Of a stretch of DNA of 64,000 bases, positions 26,272 to 35,512 are shown piece after piece. Made by a program: the position numbers and the translations under genes. Within the stretch, counting starts at the first letter, position 1, and each line of letters begins with the position of its first letter. The notes below the pieces were generated by a model. The model had not been told where the DNA came from and did not search any database. It saw nothing but the letters and a program-made list of their open reading frames with translations. The stretch comes from a virus (Duplodnaviria; Caudoviricetes), in IMG/VR virus record IMGVR_UViG_3300032225_001322, positions 1 through 64,000 of that record; one strand, given 5' to 3'.

Positions 26272-27657
26272 TTATAATTTTTCGCCTGGTTCAAAACCAC
26301 GAAATCGAACAAACCGCGGGAATCTTAACGAGTAAGAGCCGTCCTGATTTTGTGTAACTGCGTCGGCAGCCACTTCGACAATATCACCGACAAGGTTATC
26401 CCGACTGGCCCAATAATCAATGCGATTATCATCGCTAAGACCTGATCCGACATTAACCCTAATAAGTTTTCCATCATCTGTTCCTTCGCAAATAAATGCT
26501 CCAAGTCTACCTTCGTTTCGGCCTGTACCTTCTTCGTAGCCAACAATATTTAAATCCACAGTAATAACTGGTTTCCATTTCATCCAGAATGTATTGCGTT
26601 TACACTCATACGGAGCGTCAACATCTTTAATCATAATACCTTCGAAGCCTGCTACTACAGCATCGTTGGCATAACGGCGCAGAATATCATGACCTTCGCT
26701 AATACTAAGGTCGACTTCGATACCATCCATAACTCGAATACAATTAGTATTGTCTTCAAACACACTTCGATATTCTTCTAAAATAGCTAGTCGTTTATGT
26801 TGTTGAGCATTCCAATGTCCTAACGAAAAGTCAGTGAACGGAATAATATCAAACACAGAATAAACCATGTCAGTAGTTTCTACATTAGATTTTCGTTGAG
26901 CTTGTTTCATCAGTGCTTGAAAACTTGCGCCAATAACTTCACCGTCTAATACAAATCCTGTACGATATTTTGAAAAGAGTTTAGCAAATTTATTTTTATT
27001 TTCTTCTAATGATTCTATAATGTGTGGAAAGTTTTCAAATGGTTTTCCATTGCGACTGTATAAATTAATACCAGCTTTGGTCACCACTGCTAGCACCCGT
27101 ACACCATCTAATTTTTGTTCAAGGCGCTTGACGCCTTTCATTTTGCCTAAATGCTTGTTCGAGTCAGTAGCCAGCTGGCATTCAAATACAGGAATAGCCC
27201 ATTCAGTTTTACCCAAGACTTTATTAAGTGTACGCTCAGTAATGCCACAGCGTAAGTCTTTAATTAATACTGGACGGCATAACTCATTCCACTCCTCGCT
27301 ATCAAACTGGTCAGCAACATTTTGTATAGCATCGCGAGCGGCGTGTCCAGTCACGGAGCGAGTCCGTAAGGCTTCGCATAGTGCCCAAAACTTAGGCCAC
27401 GGATTAGGCATATGGACTAAACCTTCTGTTTCGGGTACTTTCTTTACTCCAAAGACATAGTATGGATTATACGCTTGATAGCAATTAAACAAGAAACATT
27501 GGGCATTAGTTGACCCGAGTTTTGCGGCCATTAATGCTTTTTCAATAACAGATTCTTTGTGTAAGCGGCTATCACTGCTTTTAAGGTCACGGATCCAATC
27601 TGCCGCCAATTTGATTCCTTCGAATTGTGTAGACTCAAAGTCTATTGTATTACTCAT
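26272..27657 (-). CDS. ATP-dependent DNA ligase (T4 gp30-like)
   Basis: EQKLDGVR (motif I), LDGE, FDI, EGIMIK, WMKWK and SLRFPRF. Confidence 0.95.
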   Translation of the reverse strand: MSNTIDFESTQFEGIKLAADWIRDLKSSDSRLHKESVIEKALMAAKLGSTNAQCFLFNCYQAYNPYYVFGVKKVPETEGLVHMPNPWPKFWALCEALRTRSVTGHAARDAIQNVADQFDSEEWNELCRPVLIKDLRCGITERTLNKVLGKTEWAIPVFECQLATDSNKHLGKMKGVKRLEQKLDGVRVLAVVTKAGINLYSRNGKPFENFPHIIESLEENKNKFAKLFSKYRTGFVLDGEVIGASFQALMKQAQRKSNVETTDMVYSVFDIIPFTDFSLGHWNAQQHKRLAILEEYRSVFEDNTNCIRVMDGIEVDLSISEGHDILRRYANDAVVAGFEGIMIKDVDAPYECKRNTFWMKWKPVITVDLNIVGYEEGTGRNEGRLGAFICEGTDDGKLIRVNVGSGLSDDNRIDYWASRDNLVGDIVEVAADAVTQNQDGSYSLRFPRFVRFRGFEPGEKL

Positions 27658-27658
27658 A

Positions 27659-27829
27659 TTATTTACTTTGCCCTTCTTGGTGTTTATATTCCCGCTTTAA
27701 CCAAAATTTATATTTTTTAAAATATTCTGCGCTGTTTGCTATGTCTGACTTTTGACCATAGGACAACATTTCATCTTGATGCTCGTACCATTTTTCAGTA
27801 CACCAATGACGGAAAGATCCTTGTTTCAT
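27659..27829 (-). CDS. hypothetical protein (likely start MKQGSF)
   Basis: ATGA overlap with the upstream ORF. Confidence 0.6.
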   Translation of the reverse strand: MKQGSFRHWCTEKWYEHQDEMLSYGQKSDIANSAEYFKKYKFWLKREYKHQEGQSK

Positions 27830-28113
27830 ATTGTTCCCTTTAGCATTGACCACATAGCTGTTTGTTCTAAATCTTTTTCAAACTCAGGATATACTTTATC
27901 TAAATTATTTTTGTCAACGCTAATATAACCTTTAGCTGTTTTTTGATTAATTAATTTTCTTAATTCATAAGAGCTTACACCCAGCGATTTAGTTTGTAAT
28001 TTCTTTCCACGCCGACCCCAGAATGTAACATACTTAGCGGTACCGAGTTCAATGGCTCCCCATACTTTATCGTGGTTTTCTTCCTTACACCACCCGATAA
28101 ACGAAAAGTTCAT
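27826..28113 (-). CDS. WGR-domain-like protein
   Basis: DKVW ... FWGRRG...QTK ... K..KGY. Confidence 0.7.
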   Translation of the reverse strand: MNFSFIGWCKEENHDKVWGAIELGTAKYVTFWGRRGKKLQTKSLGVSSYELRKLINQKTAKGYISVDKNNLDKVYPEFEKDLEQTAMWSMLKGTI

Positions 28114-28307
28114 TTCTTCTCCATGATATGTTTTATCACTACATTGGCTTCGGGAAAACCTTGACGCTCTTTGGCTATTACTGTAGTCTCAATCATGTCC
28201 ATCTGCATATCGTGGAGGCCTGATACAAACGTCATAATATCTTTTCGACTCATGGAATAGCGTAAGGATCCAAACTTGTCATTACTCATTAGTTTTTTCT
28301 TTTCCAT
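28110..28307 (-). CDS. hypothetical protein
   Basis: Coupled ORF. Confidence 0.55.
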   Translation of the reverse strand: MEKKKLMSNDKFGSLRYSMSRKDIMTFVSGLHDMQMDMIETTVIAKERQGFPEANVVIKHIMEKK

Positions 28308-28684
28308 TATGCCAATTCCTTAGCTTCACGGTTAAACACCATTTCGGTGCTAGTGCTCATTACTTGAGCCTCCATTTCATCCCAGCTCAAGTACGGCTCA
28401 GGATAAGCAATATGGCCGTCATACTTTAACTGTGACTTTTCAAAGTCTGACAAGTAATCATCTTGTTCAAACGAGTAGCCCAGGATATATTCGCGAGCGC
28501 CTTCACAGCTAAATTCAACATTGGCAAGATTGATATAATCTTGTGGGTCGGCAGTAGGGTCTACGCCTGTAATTTTATACTCGGATCCACCTTTATACTT
28601 CCAGTGTTGAGGACATTCGCCATTACCATCCCAATCGTGGGCACCGTAGTTTTCCATAAATTGTGTACGAATAACGAACATCAT
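28307..28684 (-). CDS. conserved hypothetical early phage protein
   Basis: TQ..ENYGAHDWDG.GECPQ.WK.KGG; preceded by a promoter-RBS cassette at about 28693-28745. Confidence 0.75.
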   Translation of the reverse strand: MMFVIRTQFMENYGAHDWDGNGECPQHWKYKGGSEYKITGVDPTADPQDYINLANVEFSCEGAREYILGYSFEQDDYLSDFEKSQLKYDGHIAYPEPYLSWDEMEAQVMSTSTEMVFNREAKELA

Positions 28685-28739
28685 AATATTGCTCCTTTTA
28701 TTAACTATACAAGTATTATAGCGAATTTGGAATTAATTG

Positions 28740-28946
28740 TCAACCGGGTACTGTAACCTGTTTAACTGTAATGGTTGTAGGGGTTCCTAGCTTGACTTCC
28801 TTGGCTGGTTTACATTCAGCTTTCATGCTGGTAAATTTTTCTTGATAATATGCTTGTTTTGCTAGACAATTATCTTGTACCAAGTAGACCGAATGTACAG
28901 TAAAATTTGCGGGATTGGTGGCCCAAAATATTAATGCCCATTTCAT
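28740..28946 (-). CDS. hypothetical protein
   Basis: ATGA coupling; its TGA stop is embedded in the downstream -35 box (GGTTGACA). Confidence 0.55.
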   Translation of the reverse strand: MKWALIFWATNPANFTVHSVYLVQDNCLAKQAYYQEKFTSMKAECKPAKEVKLGTPTTITVKQVTVPG

Positions 28947-29512
28947 ATATAAACTCCTGAATCTTTAGCACGGTTATAAAATAAATGTCGTCCAATGGTT
29001 AAAACATATTCAGTAGGGTCAACCCAATAAGGTTGTTTGATGTAGTCGGCATGATAATATAAACTGTTAGCAACTCCTCGAACTCTAGCACCTTTTAATA
29101 CCTCGACGGCAATAGCTTTAGATTCTTCCCATACATCTTTATTTGGTGTAGGTAATTTTTTCTTCAAGGTCCAACTAAATTGTTTTTTAGCATAGACTAC
29201 GTTACATACATCCTTGCCCCAGTATCCAGACTTTAGACGATTAAGGGTTACATGGGCCACAGCATATTTGCCAGTGCGACTTTCTACGCCAGCTTCGTAG
29301 TAAATATTTTTAGTTAAACATTCAACATCTTTAGGGGTATGTTTAACTACATATTTGGTTTGAATTACATCATCTAACTTGTCTTCTATCTTATCCATGC
29401 GTATTTCAGCACGGAGTAAGATTAACCCAAGAAGAATACAAGCTATAATAGTTAGAGTTTTATTTGACACATTAAGCCTTAAAGTCAAATGCGTATTCGC
29501 CGGTGTCTCCAA
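28943..29512 (-). CDS. cell wall hydrolase (SleB / Hydrolase_2)
   Basis: CL..NIYYEA..E...G..AVA.VTLNR, C.VVY...QFSW, YYHA.Y..P.W, IG.H.FY; true start probably GTG at about 29470. Confidence 0.92.
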   Translation of the reverse strand: METPANTHLTLRLNVSNKTLTIIACILLGLILLRAEIRMDKIEDKLDDVIQTKYVVKHTPKDVECLTKNIYYEAGVESRTGKYAVAHVTLNRLKSGYWGKDVCNVVYAKKQFSWTLKKKLPTPNKDVWEESKAIAVEVLKGARVRGVANSLYYHADYIKQPYWVDPTEYVLTIGRHLFYNRAKDSGVYI

Positions 29513-29687
29513 TTGGACTTACTGACACTTTAGCAAAGCCAATAACATCGGATAATCTATGAAATACCTTGCGGGCTTGTACTTCGGTAATAGTACTAAC
29601 AAACAAGGTACCGTTATAGAACTCTGTTTTTACAGATTCGTTTGTAAGTGTTACTTTAACTAATTGATCTACTAAAGTTGCGAACAT
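29472..29687 (-). CDS. hypothetical early protein
   Basis: Directly downstream of a promoter-RBS cassette. Confidence 0.7.
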   Translation of the reverse strand: MFATLVDQLVKVTLTNESVKTEFYNGTLFVSTITEVQARKVFHRLSDVIGFAKVSVSPIGDTGEYAFDFKA

Positions 29688-29692
29688 ATTAA

Positions 29693-29773
29693 CTCCAATT
29701 TGTTTACTATAGAGCTAGTATAACAAAATTGGAATTTGTCGTCAACCAAACCAGGTGTTGTTTTAATACAACG
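29693..29773 (-). promoter_or_regulatory. early promoter-RBS cassette, copy 2
   Basis: Near-identical to 8461..8533, including the GTTG-N8-CAAC palindrome. Confidence 0.85.
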
Positions 29774-29778
29774 AAATT

Positions 29779-30732
29779 TTAGGTTGTAGTTGGCGGTGGA
29801 TATGGAGGTTGTGCTGGTAGTAAGTTTGCTTGTGGTGGCAAGGTAGTTGGAGTAGAGGGTACACTAGTACTTGGTTTAATTCCTGTTGAGTTAAGACTGG
29901 ACTGTCCTTGTCGTAAAGTTGCAATAATGGCTTGTCCACCGATAGTAGTTTTATCTGCGACTGATTCTAAAAATTGTGAAGTTCCGCCCACCGTAGTGTC
30001 TTTTCCGTATGATGGTAATGAAAATACAAAACTATAAATTGACGATGTACTGTTTGGAGTCAAGTTAGCAAAATTAATGCCAGCGTCAGCTTGTGTTGAT
30101 TTCTCAAGATTTATTTGACTAGCCATGTTAGACCAATTAGTATTTAAATTAGCGGTTTGGTTAGGGTAAGATGATTGTATAGTTGGTATTACATTTGATG
30201 TGGTGGCCGGGATAAGACCAAGACCACCAATATTTCCAGAAATTTCTTGTCCATTAAATGCGGCATTAAGATTATCATATGTTCCATTGGCAGGTCCAGA
30301 TGGAATAATAATAGGGCCAGAAGTAATATCTCCATAACTTCCATTAGCTGTAGCAGTCATATCAATATAGATATTAGCTAAATTACTTAAATTCATTGTA
30401 CTTACAATAGATATAGTATTTTGCAACGCATCAGCTGATACTACACCGGCTATAGTTCCCATAGTATCAGAAATAGTAATAGTCCCATTAGTACCGGTGC
30501 CTACTCCTAATTTACCAACAATAGCATCAGTTGAACTAGCAGGCACCGCCGATGTTGAATTAGTAATTAATGGTAATCCATAAGTTGTTTGAACATTAGC
30601 TACGGTATTAGCAAATTGCGGCAAATTCATTGAAGCTATACCAGTAATTTGTAACATAGATACAGCCAATGCTTTATTAGCTAGTGCTATATCTGGAGGA
30701 GTTATTTGATTTAATCTATCTAATGCGGTCAT
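29779..30732 (-). CDS. probable virion (tail/baseplate-associated) protein
   Basis: Thr/Ser/Asn/Gly-rich; in an operon with PAAR. Confidence 0.6.
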   Translation of the reverse strand: MTALDRLNQITPPDIALANKALAVSMLQITGIASMNLPQFANTVANVQTTYGLPLITNSTSAVPASSTDAIVGKLGVGTGTNGTITISDTMGTIAGVVSADALQNTISIVSTMNLSNLANIYIDMTATANGSYGDITSGPIIIPSGPANGTYDNLNAAFNGQEISGNIGGLGLIPATTSNVIPTIQSSYPNQTANLNTNWSNMASQINLEKSTQADAGINFANLTPNSTSSIYSFVFSLPSYGKDTTVGGTSQFLESVADKTTIGGQAIIATLRQGQSSLNSTGIKPSTSVPSTPTTLPPQANLLPAQPPYPPPTTT

Positions 30733-31697
30733 GATAGTGATCTCGCTGCTACTTTAGGCAAATATTGTTTTACAGTTGAATTGACTGTGCCGGCGGAATC
30801 TAAATAGATATTTTGTGAAACACCGTTCACACCAGTGACTGTTAGTGATTGGAAACTATTAGGAAATATTTTATAAGGATTTAATAAATCAGCCATAGTG
30901 TTAATATTAAGAGTAGTAACACCTAGTAGTGTTAACACTTGAGTTAAAACTGTGCCAGTGATTTGTGTCATAGCTGTGTACATTGCTTTTTGATCAGTAT
31001 CTGATGCGGCCACACCACGCGAGGTTAAATTTACCACCGTCAAGGGATTGACGCCAGCATTGGCAAAGGCCAACGATATATCTGGAGTAATGCCTCCCAC
31101 TTTAGCAAGTTGTCTAACTAGTGCCATAGGAGTTCCTAATTCTTCTAAATTGCTTAAATCAATTAATCCGCCTAAGGCTTGTAAATCACTACCCCATAAA
31201 GCTGTGCACACATTTACGCTAGTGATACCGCCAGTAAACAAACTATCATTACCAGGAAATACTCCTCCTAGATATGTTTGACTATTAACCGCAGAATTAA
31301 TAAAACTATTTGTTATTCCGTTGTACCCAACTAATGCGCTAAATCCTTGACAAAATATTGACACATCTTTTCCTGGACCAGAGGAAATATATGAGTTAGC
31401 AATTTCTACTAATAAGGTGGTGAATAATGTGTTTGCTGGTTGTGATGTACTTGACGAAGGAATACTGTCACCGAGTGCTGGGCAAGTATTTGTACCTAGC
31501 GTATATAATTGACTTAATGTATTTGCCGCTAAGTTAGCAGTCTTGGATGTTGTTATAGCTTCCTTTAATGCTGACACATAAGGAAGATTTTCATAAGTTG
31601 CTACGTTAGTTAAGAATACAGCATTGACGCTTATGCCTTGGTTATACAATAAATTAGCAGTAGTAGTAATCTGAAAGGGGGTTAATACACTTGCCAT
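30729..31697 (-). CDS. probable virion (tail/baseplate-associated) protein
   Basis: Composition; immediately downstream of PAAR. Confidence 0.6.
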   Translation of the reverse strand: MASVLTPFQITTTANLLYNQGISVNAVFLTNVATYENLPYVSALKEAITTSKTANLAANTLSQLYTLGTNTCPALGDSIPSSSTSQPANTLFTTLLVEIANSYISSGPGKDVSIFCQGFSALVGYNGITNSFINSAVNSQTYLGGVFPGNDSLFTGGITSVNVCTALWGSDLQALGGLIDLSNLEELGTPMALVRQLAKVGGITPDISLAFANAGVNPLTVVNLTSRGVAASDTDQKAMYTAMTQITGTVLTQVLTLLGVTTLNINTMADLLNPYKIFPNSFQSLTVTGVNGVSQNIYLDSAGTVNSTVKQYLPKVAARSLS

Positions 31698-31698
31698 A

Positions 31699-31980
31699 TT
31701 AACTGCCTCCTACATTAGGACTACCTTGAATACGAGTGTGACCGCATGTATCGACATCTCCTACAAATATTATTCGTTTGCCTTGTATTTTAATTGTTTG
31801 TTCAGAAGCCACACAATGAGCAATGTCATGCTGAACAGCGCCCTTAGGATGTGGATGTGGAGTTACTGGTGATCCGTCTATAGCAATATCTAGTCCGTTT
31901 AGTCGCACCGAAGGATCACCGGATATTACTTTTCCACCTCCGCTGTTTATATCGCCTACACGAACTATTTGTCTGCTCAT
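31699..31980 (-). CDS. PAAR-repeat spike tip protein (T4 gp5.4-like)
   Basis: RVGD...GG.VI.G...V..NG; H..H; GD..TCGH....GS.NV. Confidence 0.88.
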   Translation of the reverse strand: MSRQIVRVGDINSGGGKVISGDPSVRLNGLDIAIDGSPVTPHPHPKGAVQHDIAHCVASEQTIKIQGKRIIFVGDVDTCGHTRIQGSPNVGGS

Positions 31981-31981
31981 T

Positions 31982-32284
31982 TTATCCCATTATGATCGAA
32001 GGTTTACGAACTGGTTTAAGACCTGTTGTAGCTTCGAGATAATGATCGCCAACTTCTTCACGAGTTGAACAAATCATTGCTACTGCTGTTTTATTTATAG
32101 TAGCATTTTCTTTGGGGTCGCCCGTAAACACGCTATAGATTAATTGAATGCCTTTTTCTGTAGGCACAGCACTTAGTGGTTGAGCTACTATGTAAGCATC
32201 TTCTGTGATATCTACTACTTTACCAACGATTTCATCGGCGTTGGTTAATTTAAATGTATAAACCTTGTCTTTTTCTACTATCAT
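31982..32284 (-). CDS. hypothetical protein (Sm-like fold; likely start MIVEKD)
   Basis: FKL...DEIVG.V ... Y...TTGL pattern. Confidence 0.65.
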   Translation of the reverse strand: MIVEKDKVYTFKLTNADEIVGKVVDITEDAYIVAQPLSAVPTEKGIQLIYSVFTGDPKENATINKTAVAMICSTREEVGDHYLEATTGLKPVRKPSIIMG

Positions 32285-32285
32285 A

Positions 32286-32510
32286 TTATCCTTGGAAATG
32301 TTTGCGGAGTTCTGTAAACCCGCCAATATAGTTATCGTCCAAGAAGATCTGTGGTAAAGTTCTTGCGGTAGGAACTGCTTCTAGCAACTGTTCTTTTGTC
32401 CAATTTTCTTGAACATTGCGCTCTTCAAATTCAATACCTTTTGATTCTAGTAATGCTTTTGCTTGAACGCAAAAAGGGCAGGCGTTTTTTGACCATACAA
32501 TGGCTTTCAT
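32286..32510 (-). CDS. glutaredoxin
   Basis: CPFC, TLPQIF and IGGF motifs. Confidence 0.95.
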   Translation of the reverse strand: MKAIVWSKNACPFCVQAKALLESKGIEFEERNVQENWTKEQLLEAVPTARTLPQIFLDDNYIGGFTELRKHFQG

Positions 32511-32525
32511 ATTTTTTCCTTATTA

Positions 32526-33626
32526 TTATAAATTTGGTAACTGGTCGTAGTCCAGTACATCACTCATTACACCAATAACATAATTAGTCGATTCTGATTC
32601 TTGGAGTGCTGTTTGTTTGTTACTTACATTTACATGTTTATTAAACCACGGAATAGGAGTCGTCTTAGGAGCAGGAGACTGATATTTAATGCCAATTTCT
32701 TTAAAAGCACCAACGGCTGTATAGTCAACAAAATCTTTAAGTATTGCCGCATTAAGTCCAATCACTGGACCTTTTTGGAATAGATAATCTGCCCATTGTT
32801 TTTCTTCTCGTATGACATCTAAGTACATAGCATATACTTCTTGCTCACACTCTACTTTAGCTTGTGCAAATCGAGGATCCTCTTTGACTACTTGGTTGAT
32901 TAGCCAACCTGTCCAGTCTTTGTGTAGTATTTCATCCTGTAAAATTAAACTAATAATATTGCCATTACCAATGAAGATACGATTCTCGACCATGGCTAAA
33001 CTTGTGGCAAAACTTACCATGAAGCGGAAAGCTTCTAATCCATACGAAGCATTGAGAGCCAACCATATAGCATTAATATGTTCTTGTTCATCAACTTTTC
33101 CTAATAATTCTTTTCGACAGTTGGTCATGTGTAATCTATCATAATATTTTCCAATTGAAGAAGCCATGCCAACAATTTCTTCAGTGTCATGAATAGTATT
33201 GAAAATGTCTTTAGGTACATTATAGATATTGCGTATAATGTGACTATAACTACGACTATGTATATTCGTTTCAAAAAAACCCCAGTTATACATTAGTGCT
33301 TCTAGTTCAGGGATAGATACTACAGGAGTAAACACTTGTGTTGGTCCGCGACCTTGTAAACTATCAAGGGCTGTTTGCCTAAGCAAATTACTGGTAAAGA
33401 TATGTCGTACTGTATCAGAAGATTCTTTAAAATCGTTAGCATCTTTAGTTAACGAAATTTCTTCCGGGACCCAAAAGAATCCGCGAGCTTCTTGTTCAAA
33501 TTTTACAATTTTATTATATTTGACTTCTTCAAATCGTTGGATAGTTACAGGCCCGGCTGGGTCCAGGAACATCTTGCGGTTAAGATAATCTGTTTTAGTT
33601 TTTAGGTTGTATTGTTGTTGGCTCAT
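32526..33626 (-). CDS. nrdB: ribonucleotide reductase class Ia beta subunit
   Basis: FFWVPEE, QTALDSLQGR, ETNIHSRSYSHI, LEAFRF.VSFA, DE.LH. Confidence 0.97.
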   Translation of the reverse strand: MSQQQYNLKTKTDYLNRKMFLDPAGPVTIQRFEEVKYNKIVKFEQEARGFFWVPEEISLTKDANDFKESSDTVRHIFTSNLLRQTALDSLQGRGPTQVFTPVVSIPELEALMYNWGFFETNIHSRSYSHIIRNIYNVPKDIFNTIHDTEEIVGMASSIGKYYDRLHMTNCRKELLGKVDEQEHINAIWLALNASYGLEAFRFMVSFATSLAMVENRIFIGNGNIISLILQDEILHKDWTGWLINQVVKEDPRFAQAKVECEQEVYAMYLDVIREEKQWADYLFQKGPVIGLNAAILKDFVDYTAVGAFKEIGIKYQSPAPKTTPIPWFNKHVNVSNKQTALQESESTNYVIGVMSDVLDYDQLPNL

Positions 33627-33867
33627 TTTCGTCTTCTTTATATTCTACTACTAGACCATTTTCTTCGTCGATGTAAGCTGATCCAAAATTTTCATCTTGT
33701 AGAGCAGCTAATATCATTTCTTTTGCTTCGTCTTCAATGTAAAAATCTGGATCAATATTTCTTATCGTCAACCACTCTCTTAAATGTTGGTCTAAACTTT
33801 TAAGAACTTGTCCTTCGTTAGTAACAAATTCTATATCAGTTATATCTTCATTTGATGATATTTTCAT
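33595..33867 (-). CDS. acidic hypothetical protein
   Basis: 90-aa ORF within the nrd locus. Confidence 0.55.
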   Translation of the reverse strand: MKISSNEDITDIEFVTNEGQVLKSLDQHLREWLTIRNIDPDFYIEDEAKEMILAALQDENFGSAYIDEENGLVVEYKEDENEPTTIQPKN

Positions 33868-33881
33868 AATTTTTCTTTATT

Positions 33882-34547
33882 TTAATAGTTTTTTGAAGCT
33901 AAAACAATTTTACAAATATGTTCTAAGCGTTCAATGTGTTCGTATGCTCGCCACGGGCTTGTATCTATAGCAACTACTCCGTGTCCTTTAATACCAACAA
34001 TATCGTAAGCAATATTGCCTTTATCATCTAATTGTAGATTTTTATGACATTGGTCTGCAAGCTCTTGACTGATAGGTGGAACATCTGGTACATTTGGTGC
34101 CACTTTGGTATAGCGACTAAGTTCTGGAAAGTCATCGACAATAGTACTTAAATCAATACCAGCGTGCATTGCGGCTACGCAATAAGTAGGATGTACATGA
34201 ACTACTACTCGTACTTCTCCGTGATGTTGTCCCATTTCTTTTTGTAAGCCGAAATGTAAGGGTATTTCTCCACTAGGCTTTAACCTATCGCTAATATCAG
34301 TATAGGGCAATTCTTTCCACCCGTATCGTTCAGCCAATAAACCAGTACCAACTTCGTTCCAAGTCAGTGGCGGTTTAATCAGAATCTTCTTAAACTGATC
34401 AGGTTGTAGTGTTTGTTTACGCACACCACTTGGTGTAATGTAAAAGTGATCACGGTCGTGATGACGAATGCTAACATTACCATCACGACTGGTAATCCAG
34501 TTACGCTTGTAAGCGTCTACCATTATGTCACATATAGTTTCTAACAT
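33882..34547 (-). CDS. class II aldolase/adducin family protein
   Basis: GNVS.R, ITPSG, PS.E..LH, VVHVHP and GHGV motifs. Confidence 0.9.
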   Translation of the reverse strand: MLETICDIMVDAYKRNWITSRDGNVSIRHHDRDHFYITPSGVRKQTLQPDQFKKILIKPPLTWNEVGTGLLAERYGWKELPYTDISDRLKPSGEIPLHFGLQKEMGQHHGEVRVVVHVHPTYCVAAMHAGIDLSTIVDDFPELSRYTKVAPNVPDVPPISQELADQCHKNLQLDDKGNIAYDIVGIKGHGVVAIDTSPWRAYEHIERLEHICKIVLASKNY

Positions 34548-34568
34548 TATTAATATTTTTCTTTAATT

Positions 34569-34880
34569 TTATTTTGCGGCCGGCATCTCTATGGTAAGAT
34601 TGATTATTATTTTTGTTGGTGCGTTACCGTTGCTTCCATTGCCGCCGATGCTGACAGTATTACTGGTATTGCCATAAGATCCTTGTAGATTGGTATTGCC
34701 ATACGAGCCCTTGATATCGGTGTTGCCATACGAACCTTGTAGATCAGTATTGCCATAGGAGCCCCGGAGGCTAGTATTGCCGTTATCTTTTACAGCGGCC
34801 TTGCCGTTGTTTTGTGTAGACTGTGCAAATCCAAATGCTGGGATCAAAAAAGCCAGCACAATAAGTAATTTGAATTTCAT
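34569..34880 (-). CDS. secreted protein with 9-aa GSYGNT repeats
   Basis: Signal peptide; four [LI]xGSYGNT units with a 27-nt period. Confidence 0.7.
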   Translation of the reverse strand: MKFKLLIVLAFLIPAFGFAQSTQNNGKAAVKDNGNTSLRGSYGNTDLQGSYGNTDIKGSYGNTNLQGSYGNTSNTVSIGGNGSNGNAPTKIIINLTIEMPAAK

Positions 34881-34891
34881 TTTATTTTCCT

Positions 34892-35503
34892 TTAATTACC
34901 TGGTGGGTTTTGTATCGGTAAACTTACAGGATACTGACTACAAGCATCTGGATTACCTTGACCTGCTTCAGTTAAGAATGTAGTAGCGGCAGGCACTTGA
35001 CCAGTAGGGCAAGAGCAGATAGCAATGCCATCCGAGCCAATCTTACAATTCCAACTAAAGCAGTTACTAGCTTTGTCGCCTAAATTTAAACTGGCATCAC
35101 ATTTTTGAACTGTGGCTTTCATGTCTTTTGGCTTGTTGCTGAAATTACTAGCTTCTTGTGGATAGTATAATTTAGGAGCAAACAAACTCCAAACGTGTTG
35201 GCTATCTGTTGGTGTACAGCTACCCGCCATGTTACCAGCTTTGGTATCAGCAATAGCTCGACCTTCGAGAATAGGACAACGACATTCTACTTCAGGATAA
35301 GGTGTACCGTTATTACCAGTAATCATCTTGCCTGTGGCTTTACAAGTTGACGCAGCGCACAAGGCATACTTGCCATCACATACTGTTAAACCAGATGTAG
35401 ACTTTGATTGTGCTTTATTAGCGATACTAAATTTTGTATATAAGGTGTATGATGCTAGCGCCAATACTACTACCCCGACTAATACTAATAATATTTTTTT
35501 CAT
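34892..35503 (-). CDS. exported cysteine-rich protein (12 Cys)
   Basis: N-terminal signal/anchor segment; 12 Cys. Confidence 0.75.
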   Translation of the reverse strand: MKKILLVLVGVVVLALASYTLYTKFSIANKAQSKSTSGLTVCDGKYALCAASTCKATGKMITGNNGTPYPEVECRCPILEGRAIADTKAGNMAGSCTPTDSQHVWSLFAPKLYYPQEASNFSNKPKDMKATVQKCDASLNLGDKASNCFSWNCKIGSDGIAICSCPTGQVPAATTFLTEAGQGNPDACSQYPVSLPIQNPPGN

Positions 35504-35512
35504 TTTTTCTTT

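Noticed and set aside
34660-34790. 27-nt periodic repeats resembling a mini CRISPR array
   Set aside because: In-frame coding repeats (GSYGNT) varying at synonymous positions; no unique spacers and no cas genes
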